Shown here piece after piece: positions 51,291 through 64,000 of a DNA stretch of 64,000 nucleotides. Source of the stretch: Octopus vulgaris (Eukaryota); assembly GCA_951406725.2 (NCBI GenBank), contig OX597818.1, positions 128,898,001-128,962,000 of the forward strand. Direction: 5' to 3'. Numbering within the stretch: position 1 is the first letter of the stretch; each line of letters starts with the position of its first letter. Under the pieces are notes generated by a model, which was not told the DNA's origin, made no database searches, and was given only the letters and a program-made list of their open reading frames with translations. The translations under genes were made by a program, and so were the position numbers.

Positions 51291-53242
51291 CTTAGACAGA
51301 GTCGGACGAACTTCCAGACACACAATTAGGCAGATAGACAGACAGACAGATATACGGGTTACAAAATAAGTTCAGGAGCATTTTTTGCGTGAAGATGGAA
51401 CAAAAAACCCAAATATTTGCCATACTTTAGTATTGAAACTCGGCATTCCGATATTTCTAAAAACTCACATTTTGCTTATGTTGACATTAATTACTTTAAG
51501 ATTAATTACTGAAATATTTTCTTTGTTTATTTGTATATATGTGTTACTACGTACGAATGTGTGAGTATATGCATGTGTATATGTTTAAATGACTATGAAT
51601 GTTACTCATATGTTTATAGATGTGTGCATATGCAAAATAGCTTAGCTTTTAAAAGTTGTTTTTCCACGCGGCAGAATCACGCGACTGTCCAAGGGCAGTA
51701 AGTGATAATTTCAAAAAGCAATGGTTATGTTTTAGTACCTACAGGGGAATAATTTAGAATTTAAATCGAGCAGTGTAATCTACAGAAACTTCCAATACCA
51801 GAATGTGAATAATAATACTAATCCTTTCTACTATAGGAACAAAGCGTGAAACTTTTGGAGTAGGGGTTAGTCGACTCCATTACTCAAAAATATTTTATCG
51901 ACCCCGAAGGATGAAAAGCAAAGTTGAGCTTGGCAGAATTTGAACTCAGAAAGTATAGACAGACGGAATGCTGTTAAGCATTTTACCCGGTGCGTTAACG
52001 ATTCTACCAGTAATAATAAACGCTCTGATATAGTACTAGGTAGTGGTTTTCATGGCTTCTGATCTTAATTGACTGGAAGTGTTATGTACATGTTTTATCT
52101 TGGTATAAAAGATAGATTACAGTAAATATTCTGCTCAATTTGCTTGTCAGTTGCTTGACCTTAACCAGCTAAGCATGTCCCCAAGTGGCTGAGACATGTG
52201 TATCTCTGGTCACGGGTAGGATTAGTGATGGAGCATCATAGCCATGTGTCGAGAAGAATTCTTTGGGATTTGAATAATTCATCTCTAGAAACATGGTCGT
52301 TTCGTTCATCAGCCTTAAACAATCCTTATTCAGGGACCTTTCTAGCGGGATGGGCTACTCGTCCTGAATAAAATTCTAATGGCAAGTCATGCGCTATTTC
52401 TCTTGATATAAGATCATTATGTCACGCACATATAGTGTACCCTTTTCACACGGGTAGTCACGGTAGGTACACTGGGCTTCGTATATTTATACTCCAACGT
52501 CATTTTGATGGCATGCGTTGCTCTCTCATTCAATAACAAAACAGCAACAACAACAATAATCGTTTCAAATTTTGGCACAAAGTTAGCAAGTTCAGGGAAG
52601 TGGATAAGTCAATTACACTGACCCCAGTGCTAAATTGGCACTTATTTTATCGACCCCGAAAGTATGAAGGTCAAAGTCGACCTCGGCGGAATTTAAAAAA
52701 TAATAATGAGAAAAAGGCGTCGGAGGGGTGATGCATACCGTGTGCGCAGATACATTTTTCTGCAAATTATAATGTGGCTTATAATGTATTGCTTACCCAT
52801 ACTTTTTAATTGAACTGAATTAAGCTTTGTAAATGCTTGACTAAAAGAGGATTAGAAATCTAAATAGATGACAGCTAAAAGTCTACGCCAAACGCATATG
52901 AGTAAAATTTGCATATGACTAAAATGATTATTCAAATAATAATAATTATGATTATCAAAAGAAAAGTAAGCAAAAATAAATAATTATAAAAATATTGCAT
53001 AGAATTTGAGAAGTGTTTTCAACGTCTTTCAATGATGGCAGGCGAATCAAACATACTGTAGTACGTGTAGGATATAAATGATATAACCACTTGCTTATCG
53101 GGAAATTTGAAAATTCGATTTTTAAAATAATGTTTATTATTTTTTTAAAGTATCACCATTATAGGTATGTATATATACTCCGGTGAAATTAAGAAATCAG
53201 CTCATAAGTAAACGAAACCCTCGAATCCATCACTGCACGCAC

Positions 53243-53297
<55 letters not shown>

Positions 53298-53310
53298 GTC
53301 GCTTACCTAT

Positions 53311-53714
53311 ACTCTTTACTCTTTTACTTGTTTCAGTCATTTGACTGCGGCCATGCTGGAGCACCGCCTTTAGTCGAGCAAATCGACCCCGGGACTTAAT
53401 CTTTGTAAGCCCAGTACTTATTCTATCGGTCTCTTTTGCCGAACCGCTAAGTAACGGGGACGTAAACACACCAGCATCGGTTGTCAAGCAATGCTAGGGG
53501 GACAAACACAGACACACAAACACATACACACACATACATATACATATATACGGCAGGCTTCTTTCAGTTTCCGTCTACCAAATCCACTCACAAGACATTG
53601 GTCGGCCCGGGGCTATAGAAGAAGACACTTGCCCAAGATGCCACGCAGTGGGACTGAACCCGGAACCATGTGGTTGGTTAGCAAGCTACTTACTACACAG
53701 CCACTCCTGCGCCT
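53311..53714 (-). mobile_element. SINE family A
   Basis: Full-length reverse copy. Confidence 0.9.
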
Positions 53715-53824
53715 ACGTATGTATTTATGTATGTATGTACCCACACGTGTCTACGTGCATAGGTACACCATGATCTATACACATGCGAACGAGGGTCGAA
53801 TCAAATTATATATATAATTCAAAA

Positions 53825-54030
53825 TGTGACCTCGTGTGTACCGATGGCGATTTTTTCCCCTCTGTCTTCCCTTCTCTGGATCTTTCCTTCTCCTATGTTT
53901 CCGACGAAGAGCTCCGCTCGAAACGTTAAACCCTCCTTCTTTCCTGAGCATCTAATAATATTATATTTGTTCCACGTCCTCGCGTTGTTGTGATTTTTTG
54001 TGCTTTCTTGTTTGGATTAACTTTATATAT
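53825..54030 (+). mobile_element. Penelope-like terminal fragment with a minimal hammerhead-like motif (53897-53931)
   Basis: gttt-CCGACGA-a-gagc-tcc-gctc-GAAAC-GTT-aaac followed by ttcctgagc, as in the 43285 and 45418 fragments. Confidence 0.55.
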
Positions 54031-54522
54031 ATTGTATTTTCTTGTACATGTATTTTTATCTTGTAATTTTTTTGTATTTTTATTTGTATCGTTTTTACGT
54101 CCTGTTTGTGTTACATTTTATTTTTTTCTTTCTTGTTTTTACCCCTCTGCGAAGTAATTTTATTTTAATTCTGTCGCAAGAAAGGCTAGTTTCGACGAGT
54201 CGTGTCCTGTCTTACCTTCGAAACACGCTAGAGTTGAACTAGAGACAGCTGATGAAGGAGATTTTTCCTTGTGTGGTTTGTCTTGTGCTCTGTTTTTCTG
54301 TTGTAAAAAAATGGTTTGTTCCATGCTTGTTTTTCCGTTTTCGTTTCTCGTTGAGTTCTACGTCTAGTTGTGGTGTCCTGTACTCACGTATATATATTTA
54401 TATATGCATGTATATATACATGTAGATGTATGTACGTACATATATGTTTGTATGTATGCATATATCTTATTTATTACACTATATATATATATATATATAT
54501 ATATATTTTTATATATATATAT

Positions 54523-54587
<65 letters not shown>

Positions 54588-55451
54588 TATTCTTCCGTGA
54601 TGATAAGATCAACAAAAAAGTACTCCATTGAAAGTAGAGTATCAAAAATTTAATTTATTCAAGTTGAAACTCAGATTCCGTGACACTGAGCTTTATATAA
54701 TAATACCAGCAACAGGAATAGTCCTAATTTTCCATAACTTTTGTAGAAACTTTACCCAGAAAGAACTTAAAATAATTTCGAAATCAGTTTTTAATCTAAA
54801 ACTTCTGGTTATATGTGAGATATATAACTTGATGGTAAAGATAGGAATAGGAACTTTAGCCCAAGAGTTTTTAGTATTCTTTAGTAACCGGAGGCGTAAA
54901 GTAAATTATTATTTTTTTAAAAATTAATTTTTTTTTTTGTTCTCTTTTCAAAACAAAAGCTTCTCTAATTTCTAATCTTTATACATTCTTCAGAAATCGA
55001 AATTTCAAAAGCGAATCGTGATGCAATTTCAAAGAACGATTCTCGCCTTGCCATGAGGCGAGACAAAGTTGTGTGTGTGGTTGCGGGCTGTTGGTGCGTG
55101 TGGTAAACGAGGAAGAGATAACACAAACAAACAAATAAATAAGCAGAAAATTCGAGAAACAAAATGAATCATTGTTTCAATTTCGAAAACAGGTGATTCT
55201 TGAGGTAAATTGTAAAGGTAAAGAACAAACGACTGAATGTTGATGTTATTGTTGTTCTTATTGAGCTCCAGGTTAACCCTGATCAAGCAGAATTATGATT
55301 AAAAGGTATTCCAGCTGTGACCATCACCCCATTTTTCCAAATTTTTCTAGGACTATGTTTTTCGAACGAGATTTGTCTGTTATTTCTAGCATGTCGAGCG
55401 ACCACATAGGAGCTCCTTGTTGGCTGATGTAACGACTGGTATATGAAAAAC

Positions 55452-55838
55452 AGTGGAGGCGCAATGGCCCAGTGGTTAGGGCAGTGGACTCGCGGTCATA
55501 GGATCGCGGCTTCGATTCCCAGACCGGGCGTTGTGAGTGTTTATTGAGCGAAAACACCTAAAAGCTCCACGAGGCTCCGGCAGGGGATGGTGGTGATCCC
55601 TGCTGTACTCTTTCACTACAACTTTCTCTCACTCTTACTTCCTGTTTCTGTTGTACCTGTATTTCAAAGGGCCAGCCTTGTCACTCTCTGTGTCACGCTG
55701 AATATCCCCGAGAACTACGTTAAGGGTACACGTGTCTGTGGAGTGCTCAGCCACTTACACGTTAATTTCACGAGCAGGCTGTTCCGTTGATTCGGATCAA
55801 CCGGAACCCTCGTCGTCGTAACCGACGGAGTGCTTCCA
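55452..55838 (+). mobile_element. SINE family B
   Basis: Full-length copy. Confidence 0.92.
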
Positions 55839-55946
55839 ATATAAAAAACAAAGAAACAAAAACGCCAGAACAAAAGACTATTGAGGATGTTTCGCATTGG
55901 CACAATGTCACATAGTTGAGGAAAGGGCTCAGTTCAGTGATTCAAC

Positions 55947-56363
55947 GGATCTTTTCGGTTTGAACGGCAGTTTTTAACATAATTTTTAGGTAACTAAACA
56001 CTTTTAAACTTCGTATACTGGTAGAATGTGTTTATAAAACATCTTTTTCTCTTGGCTTTATTGAGAAAATTCTATTGTTTGTAAGATATTTGTTGTTTTT
56101 TTATCCTTCAATTTCTGCAATTTCAACCAATCAGTGACGTCTGTTGAGGTAAAAAAACATTCTGTGCCGTATGAATATGTCCCTCGTTTAAGAAACATAT
56201 TGGGTTTATTTACATTTGTGAAGAAAAAAAGATACCCTTCCCCAACCCCTAACCCCAACCCTAAAACATTGAAATGCAATAGATCGATACTAGGGTCATA
56301 ATTATGGGTGACAATTTCATATGACACCGCTAGAAAAAACTGCCGTTCAAACCGAAAAGGTCC
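55947..56363. mobile_element. MITE family M2 monomer, ~29-bp TIRs, 8-bp TSD (Merlin-like)
   Basis: ggatcttttcggtttgaacggcagttttt / aaaaactgccgttcaaaccgaaaaggtcc; TSD gattcaac; internal ccctaa motifs. Confidence 0.9.
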
Positions 56364-57059
56364 GATTCAACTCCTGTGTATGACTGATATTACACACATA
56401 CTCACACACACATACATGTATGTACAGATGGAGAAGGAGGTGGGGTGGGGGAATCGGTGAGAAATAAAACACGTCAAGATTAACGGTTGCACATGTTCAA
56501 TTGAAGGAAGTGGTTGGAGACAGAGGTGACAAGGGAGACAACCGTGACCTGGCTAAAGTGCATGCACGCAAGCATGCAGGCGTGTGTGTGTGTGGTGAGG
56601 AGGCTTAATGGTTAGGGAAATCGGCTTTATGAGACTATGGCTCGGAGACGACCGTTGATTCTTATATAAGGGTTCTGGTAGGGTAGGAAATCGGACTATT
56701 TCCAAAGCAGCATTCGACCTGAGTTCGTGACTATCTATACCCTTGAAACAAAGTCTCGAGAATATCGAAATTCTACGGATATAGAAAATTCAGGTACAAC
56801 ACCGGTAAATCCAGTGTGTAGATATAATCCAAATAAGTAGAAAAAGAAAGAGTTTATTGTTATATTTCGGGGTGGTCTGTTTTTTTTTCTTTTTTTTTTT
56901 GCCAAATAAACTATTATTCGTTCTTCACTCGTTTATTATTGTTCTTATTTTATCTTATACTGCAGAAAAATATGGCCACTCACAAATTTTTCTGCAATAT
57001 AAGGATTTTCTATCCTATTTATGCTTTTCAGCATTATTATTCTGCGTTTGAGAATAAAA

Positions 57060-58223
57060 TCTCCGGGACTAGACCACTCGGAAATGACACCCCGGTCTCG
57101 CGCCACTTCTACTCAACCGGTCATTCACTTCAACATCTGTCTGTGTTCGGACTGACCTTGCCCAGAGGCCACTCAAACTCCTACCTCCGCTGAGAGCAGG
57201 GATTTATTTCCTCTTTCCATTCCTCAGTCCTTCACGGTCTCAATTCTCCATCTCTTTTCATCTAAATCCAACAACATACACACATTTACCCACACCATAC
57301 ACCTTCCACATTCCACCGCCCCTTCTCCTCTACTCCACCGCATATATACCTTCTCTGTGCCATTACACTCAGTACCCTTCTCTGCGCCATTACACTCAGT
57401 ACCCACATCTCACACACCGTTATGCCTCTACAGCTTATACATACATTTACACCCATTCCTTCCCACTCCGCACACACCAGCACTCTCACTTCCTACCCCA
57501 ACGTATAGTAGCATGTGTATAGTCATACCCACACACTTCCCAACCCTACCTCGTCATCCCTATTCCACCTGGCACGTCCATCCAAGTTGACCCACATACA
57601 TCCCACTACAACACAAATACGTCAGATAGCCTCCCTCTCTCTCACACACACACACGTACAAGTGTCTTCACACACATATACACAAACAGAATATACACTC
57701 ACATATCATCGTCACAAACACACACACACACTTTACCCAACATATATAAACAGCATCTGCACTCACTCACATACATACACACGCATAAACACAAATACAC
57801 ACACAACAGTGTTACACGCACACACACACACACTTACACGCACAGTTAGTCTGACTACCTTTTACATACACACCTAAAAACGACACAAGGGCACAAATGC
57901 ACGCACTGACGCTACTCGCTCAGAGTATACACACACACATTAGCTGCTACACACAATCGTTTGCACGCACACACACACACACACATCTGCTAGCCTCACA
58001 CACATACGTTAGACAACCTCACACATTCCACACGTATACATACACGTTCACACCCACACATAAATACACGGGCCACGCACGTACACATCACTCCACACAA
58101 GCGCACATACTTGCTTACTTACACACATACACGCACCAATACATAAACAGGCTCACAGAATCTTCATATTTATATATGTGCTTGCTCCCACACATGTACA
58201 TTTGTCCATATACAGACATGCTT

Positions 58224-58280
<57 letters not shown>

Positions 58281-58560
58281 AACACACACACTTTAGCCAA
58301 GTCACTGTCGTCTCCATTACCATTCATAATACAACCATTCCACCATCCGGTCAATTCAATATGTCCAACCGTTAATCCAGACACTTTTTTCTCTCCCGTT
58401 TCTTTTCCTGTCTTCATCAGTTTTCTCTCCTCATTCATCCCTGTAGTAAAGCCTAAGTCCGAAACGTCAGAAACTCTTCCATTTTCCCTGAGCGTCAAAC
58501 TCTAGATTATGTTTGTTGTTCCCTCACCTGTCTCTGTCTTTCGTTTTTTTTTGTACAATT
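57060..58560 (+). mobile_element. Penelope-like element 3' end: GIY-YIG endonuclease remnant, CA-rich UTR, decayed hammerhead-like motif (~58441-58472)
   Basis: GNDTPVSRHFYSTGHSLQHLSVFGL...*EQGFI...HGLN resembles the PLE endonuclease C-terminus PVARHF..GH...EQ..I...GLN; downstream ccgaaacgtcag..ccctgagcg. Confidence 0.72.
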
Positions 58561-58969
58561 TTGAGCCATACATATATATACATATATATAGATATGGAAC
58601 AAAAACGCAATAGAGGACAATAAAACATTCGGACAGATAGACGATACAAAGGCGGACAAGAGAAACAACAATTAGAAGGACAAGCAAAAAAGACGGGTCA
58701 TTCGTGGCTTTCTTTCCTCAGTCAAGTACCAGAAGTCACGACCGTTTCGGGCAGTTACACTTGAGACGGTTCGATCTGGTTGTCCCCCAAAAAGTCTAAG
58801 CTAAGAGCATTAAACTCCTTTGTAAGAAAGTTAGCGAATATGTACGGCAACAAAGACAAAAAAACGGAGAACATGGTACACAAAAAGACAAAAAAATGGA
58901 AAGCATGGAAAGAAAATAACAACAGGTGTCTTTCGACTGAGAACGAATCCAATTGAGCTGGCGTGTATG

Positions 58970-59187
58970 AAGGGTTGGCCAAAAGTCACCTGACAGTAAA
59001 TCAAAACCATTTAATTCTAAGATTTACTTATGTTTAACAACTGAATGAACTTAATAAAAACATCTACTTCTAATTTATATGAAACATTTAGAAAATTGTT
59101 CAAACTGAAGTACTTCTTGAGCGAGAATTACAGATAGTATATATGGAATTTTGATTTACTGTCGGTTGTGAATTCTGGCCAACCCTG
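58970..59187. mobile_element. Small Tc1/mariner-like MITE
   Basis: Imperfect TIRs agggttggcca..gacagtaaatcaaaa / ttttgatttactgtc..tggccaaccctg|ta. Confidence 0.65.
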
Positions 59188-59284
59188 TATGTATGTATGT
59201 ATGTATGTATGTATGTATGTATGTATGTATGTATGTATGTATGTATATGTGTATGTATGTATATGTGTATGTATGTATAGTCTT

Positions 59285-59460
59285 GATAGAATTGGCACAT
59301 CGGTTCTATTTTAACAAAAACTGTCCGACGAACGGGAACATGAAACTCAGAGTAACAGGTTTTGTTGAATTTCTGCTGCTTTTAAATAAAGCATATTACT
59401 CTACCCCTGGTATTTGAGTACTCTTTTTTCCACCTTGTTTCACATTTATGTGTTTACTCC

Positions 59461-59462
<2 letters not shown>
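59285..59462 (+). mobile_element. Penelope-like terminal fragment with a degenerate hammerhead (59321-59358)
   Basis: ctgt-CCGACGA-acg-ggaa-cat-GAAA-ctcagag-TA-acag, then AATAAA, then (TA)n. Confidence 0.55.
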
Positions 59463-59521
<59 letters not shown>

Positions 59522-59528
<7 letters not shown>

Positions 59529-60335
59529 TTAAAAGCAGCGCTAGTGTTGTAGACATTACCAACCACACATACTCAATGCGAGTTGCTATGCTTCTTCGCC
59601 GGTGGGTTGCAATTTGGTGCGATATAGATGACTTCATCAATGCGGATTGTGTTAATAAAACACCGGACAGTAATAGACAGGCAAGACACCTCACCTCAAA
59701 TCTCATTCAGGAGCGAAGGACATCGATGTTTCGCCATTTCTGTGGCTCATCGTCACGTACTGGAACTGAATTGGAGGCAAACTGATTCGCCAGTCCACGA
59801 CTATATAAAAAATAATGTTAAAAAATCCATCGATATCTGTCGCTCCTGTATGGGATTTGGGGTGAGTTGTCTCGCCTGTCTATGACTTTCAGACGTTTTA
59901 ACACCCAACGCTTTGATGGAGTCATCTCCATCGTGCCACATGGCAGTCTACCGGTAAACAAGTGAAGCACATGCACTGAGTATGTGTGTTCGATAATGTT
60001 TACAACACTAGCACTGCTTCTAATTCATATTTGAATTTATTCTTACGTGTGTATTGTCGGGACATACCAGTATTTGTATATAGTTATGGACTAGCGATTC
60101 AGTTCGCCTCTAACTCCATTTAGGTACGTGACTGATAAGCCACAAAAGAAAAATAATGGCTAAATATCTATGTCCATCATCATTCCTTGATAGGAATTCA
60201 GGTGAGTTGTCTCACCTATCTATGATTTTCAGATGTTTTATCACCCGGCGCTTTGAGGGAATCATCTCGACCATACCAAATTGCAGTCTAACGTCGAACA
60301 AGCAAAACACATACATTGTGTGTGTTCGATAATAT
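59522..60335. mobile_element. Old long-TIR palindromic element (59522-60030) plus a truncated second copy in reverse orientation (60060-60335)
   Basis: Diverged inverted arms of about 200 bp; 60060-60335 is reverse-complementary to the left arm plus spacer. Confidence 0.7.
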
Positions 60336-60844
60336 ATATGTATATATTAGTTCTTATTGCTTCTCATGGGGCACTGGGTGACGAGAAGTGCCTACTTAGA
60401 ACAATTTTGATCCATAATCTCTCTTTTTCATTATGTGTGTGTGTGTGTGCACGTCGAAAAATGCCGAAATGCCCACCCAAAGGGTAACTAGCTCTGAACT
60501 GGCTTTGCCAAGAGCCTACTATCAAGCATGACAGACTCATAGGAATGACAGGTTTCTGAGGTATTTGCCTTCGAAGGAGCGCTTCAGAATGGTTATATAT
60601 TCCGAATATTATCGACATGAACGTTATTACAAGTCAACGACAAAACCATTAGACAGTCAGTAAGACTGCTAAACATGGTAGCTAAATTTCTTCAAACCAT
60701 ACCTTATTGCCTTAAAAGAAGAAAGAAGCTCATAGTCCTAGGTATATAATGCCTGAAAAGCAAAACAAGGCCAAAGAAGACACGGCCAAAGCTTGAACAC
60801 CTACTCAATCTGGGCAATTCCGACATAACCAGAAAAACAACTAT

Positions 60845-60894
<50 letters not shown>

Positions 60895-60910
60895 TTACTA
60901 CTACTAAAGC

Positions 60911-61143
60911 TACCTATTTCTTCATTACCCACAAGGGGCTAAACACAGAGAGGACAAACAAGGACAGACAAATGGATCAAGTCGATTATATCGACCCAGT
61001 GCGTAACTGGTACTTAATTTATCGACCCCGAAAGGATGAAAGGCAAAGTCGACCTCGGCGGAATTTGAACTCAGAACGTAGCGGCAGGCGAAATACTGCT
61101 AAGCATTTCGCCCGGCGTGCTAACGATTCTGCCGGCTCGCCGC

Positions 61144-61145
<2 letters not shown>
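60911..61145 (-). mobile_element. Young SINE family C in (TAC)n
   Basis: Duplication (tac)n-taaagctacc on both sides. Confidence 0.9.
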
Positions 61146-61185
<40 letters not shown>

Positions 61186-61200
61186 AAGCTACCGCTGCTG

Positions 61201-61250
<50 letters not shown>

Positions 61251-61625
61251 GCTACTGCTGCTGCTGCTGTATCACAGCCACAACCATTAGCATTATTTTG
61301 AACTGCGACTGGCGGAACTTTCTGAATGTCATGCCTAACAAAAAAACATTACCTTCAATTATTTGTTAGTAGTGCGGCCCGCTTGATGATAAGCCATGTC
61401 TCATGTCACTCACTTCTCGAAAAAAAAAGGTGGAGGGGGGGGTCTACCTGTGATTGATTTAGACCAGTGATCCTCAACCAGGGTCCATATGGGCCCTGAC
61501 GGTTCATACAAGATTTTTTGGGGTCCATGCAACAAAATAGTAAATTGGAGATCCGCAATAGTATTTTAAGGGCCTCTGAAAAAAATTTTGCTTTAGACGT
61601 ATGTATTGGTTATGTATTGCAAGAA

Positions 61626-62010
61626 GTGGAGGCGCAATGGCCCAGTGGTTAGGGCAGCGGACTCGCGGTCATAAGATCGCGGTTTCGATTCCTAGACCGG
61701 GCGTTGTGAATGTTTATTGAGCGAAAACACCTAAAGCTCCACGAGGCTCCGGCAGGGGATGGTGGTGATCCCTGCTGTACTCTTTCACCACAACTTTCTC
61801 TCACTCTTACTTCCTGTTTCTGTTGTACCTGTATTTCAAAGGGCCGGCCTTGTCACTCTCTGTGTCACGCTGAATATCCCCGAGAACTACGTTAAGGGTA
61901 CACGTGTCTGTGGAGTGCTCAGCCACTTACACGTTAATTTCACGAGCAGGCTGTTCCGTTGATTCGAATCAACCGGAACCCTCGTCATCGTAACCGACGG
62001 AGTGCTTCCA
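61626..62010 (+). mobile_element. SINE family B with 18-bp TSD
   Basis: Duplication attggttatgtattgcaa. Confidence 0.92.
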
Positions 62011-62217
62011 AATTGGTTATGTATTGCAAACAGCTAGGTTTCTTTTTCCAATCATTTTATGTACTTCAACCTACACAAATTAATGTGTGAGAAACAAAAT
62101 GCAAATTTTGAAAGAAATTTCTATAAAACTAGTTTTTAAACAATAAGAGCAGAAATTAATATTATTAAATAATATCAATTTCAACCAGTGGTCAGCAAAC
62201 TTAAAAAAAAAAAAAAA

Positions 62218-62376
62218 TCAGGAGTGGCTGTGTGGTAAGTAGCTTGCTAACCAACCACATGGTTCCGGGTTCAGTCCCACTGCGTGGCATCATGGGCAAG
62301 TGTCTTCTGCTATAGCCCCGGGCCGACCAATGCCTTGTGAGTGGATTTTGTAGACGGAAACTGAAAGAAGCCTGTC

Positions 62377-62424
<48 letters not shown>

Positions 62425-62608
62425 TTGTGTGTCTGTGTTTGTCCCCCTAGCATTGCTTGACAACCGATGCTGGTGTGTTTACGTCCCCGTCACTTAGCGG
62501 TTCGGCAAAAGTCCCGGGGTCGAGTTGCTCGACTAAAAGGCGGTGCTCCAGCATGGCCGCAGTCAAATGACTGAAACAAGTAAAAAGAGTAAAAAGAGAG
62601 TAAAAGAG
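62218..62608 (+). mobile_element. SINE family A with internal deletion
   Basis: Matches 1887-2300. Confidence 0.9.
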
Positions 62609-62799
62609 TTTATTTTTAGTAAGCAAGGGATCTTCATAGTGGTCTTCTCCTATTGTTTATATCTAGTTTTTTAAACATTGAAAAGCTACGTGGATCCATC
62701 AGAATAAAAAATAGTAATCAAAGGGGGTCTATGGATAAAAAAAAGAAATGGTTGAAGGGGCACCCTTGATTTAGAAGATTATTATCACAGCTGCTACCA

Positions 62800-62882
62800 T
62801 TACTACTAGCACTATTAACAACAATACCACCACCACCACTGCCGCCGCCGCCACCAACGCCACAACCACCACCACCATCACC

Positions 62883-62931
<49 letters not shown>

Positions 62932-63017
62932 TTACCACCACCACCACTACCATCACCACCACCACCACTACTACTACTACTACCACCACCACCACTACCA
63001 TCACCACTACCATCACC

Positions 63018-63093
<76 letters not shown>

Positions 63094-63215
63094 TTACCAC
63101 CACCACCACTACCATCACCACCACCACCACCACCACTACTACTACTACTACCACCACCACCACTACCATCACCACTACCATCACCACTACCATCACCATC
63201 ACCATCACCAACACC

Positions 63216-63259
<44 letters not shown>

Positions 63260-63456
63260 CACCACCACCACCACCACCACCACCACCACCACCACCACCA
63301 CCACCACCACCAGTCATCACAACTACAACTACTTCTAGCCCACCACCCTCCTGACGACGGCGACAACGACGACGACCACTACCGCCCCGCCCTCACAGCT
63401 ACTACTACTACTACTACTACAATTATCACTAGATTTAAAATATGCTAGATAACAAT

Positions 63457-63487
<31 letters not shown>

Positions 63488-63490
63488 AAC
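62800..63490. repeat. (CCA)n/(CTA)n/(CAA)n trinucleotide low-complexity tract
   Basis: Directly visible; explains the poly-G/S/V ORFs. Confidence 0.92.
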
Positions 63491-64000
63491 AAAACGTATT
63501 GATATGATGGAGGGATAATGGTGAAATGGAAGACGAGAAGGCGTGCTGTTCACAGACAGCTTGCAATAAGAAAAGGTCTGGTTGGCAACAACGGGTTTTA
63601 TATTGGAATATTTTAAATACCAATTGGTTGATAAAAAAAAAATTTTATCAGAAAACAAAAAAAAAAAAAAATTATAATAATAAACGGGGACTAAAACGAA
63701 TATCGAAAACAAAAAAAAAACCCCAAAAAAATTCATAAAAAAAAAATTCCGACAACAACAGATAAATGAAAATGTTTGTATTCACTTCGAAGATAACATG
63801 AAAACAACAACAACAACAACAAAAGCAAATTCTAATTGATCACTATATTCAATCCCATTCCCCTCCCCTCAAAAGTACATCCTTGAGTCTGCACTAGAGA
63901 TTGCATATTACCACAGTAGCTGTAATAGTATCTCTCTCTCTCTTTATTGAACTATGTGACTGCATCTTTTGCTGTCACTCTTGCTCTCCCACAATCTCTC

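Larger units (their letters stand above)
61465..62768. mobile_element. hAT/Charlie-like non-autonomous element hosting SINE B and SINE A
   Basis: cagtgatcctcaacc ... ggttgaaggggcacccttg termini; TSD atttagac/atttagaa. Confidence 0.65.

Noticed and set aside
52020-52540. Possible R4/Dong-related non-coding element between (TAA)-rich tracts
   Set aside because: It is single-copy in the window with no ORF or clear termini, so it cannot be classified from this sequence alone.
54206-54260. Permuted hammerhead (CGAAAC...CTGATGAAGG)
   Set aside because: Core words are present but stems I and III cannot be formed convincingly.
56240-56265. Interstitial telomere (CCCTAA)
   Set aside because: Only two or three degenerate units, internal to MITE family M2.
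62718-63320. 200-aa Gly/Ser-rich ORF
   Set aside because: It is a trinucleotide low-complexity tract with no supporting gene structure.

Overview
AT-rich, repeat-dominated eukaryotic DNA, almost certainly coleoid cephalopod (Octopus-like), judged from its tRNA-derived SINEs, dense (TA)n/(CA)n/(TAA)n/(ATAG)n microsatellites and TE mix. It is not prokaryotic: no operon, CRISPR array, rRNA or intact tRNA gene is visible. The only host-gene sequence I can support is two minus-strand, phase-compatible exons (1656-1754 and 506-638) resembling the C-terminal part of Fuzzy (FUZ). Nearly all supplied ORFs are microsatellite or SINE translation artefacts. The rest is SINEs of four families (my labels A-D), non-autonomous Helitrons, MITEs (Merlin-like, hAT-like, piggyBac-like, Tc1-like) and decayed remnants of mariner, Tc1, hAT, Helitron, Gypsy, Tx1/L1, R4/Dong-like and Penelope-like elements. 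The most interesting signals are: two long inverted duplications with template-switch architecture and similar 181/194-bp spacers; several hammerhead-ribozyme motifs, one with a canonical core; a pre-miRNA-like hairpin; a compact HSE/NF-kB/NRF1 motif cluster; an 86-bp tandem array; and SINE 3'-tail swapping and self-insertion. All family assignments are from recalled motifs, not database searches, and repeat boundaries are approximate unless a TSD is quoted.
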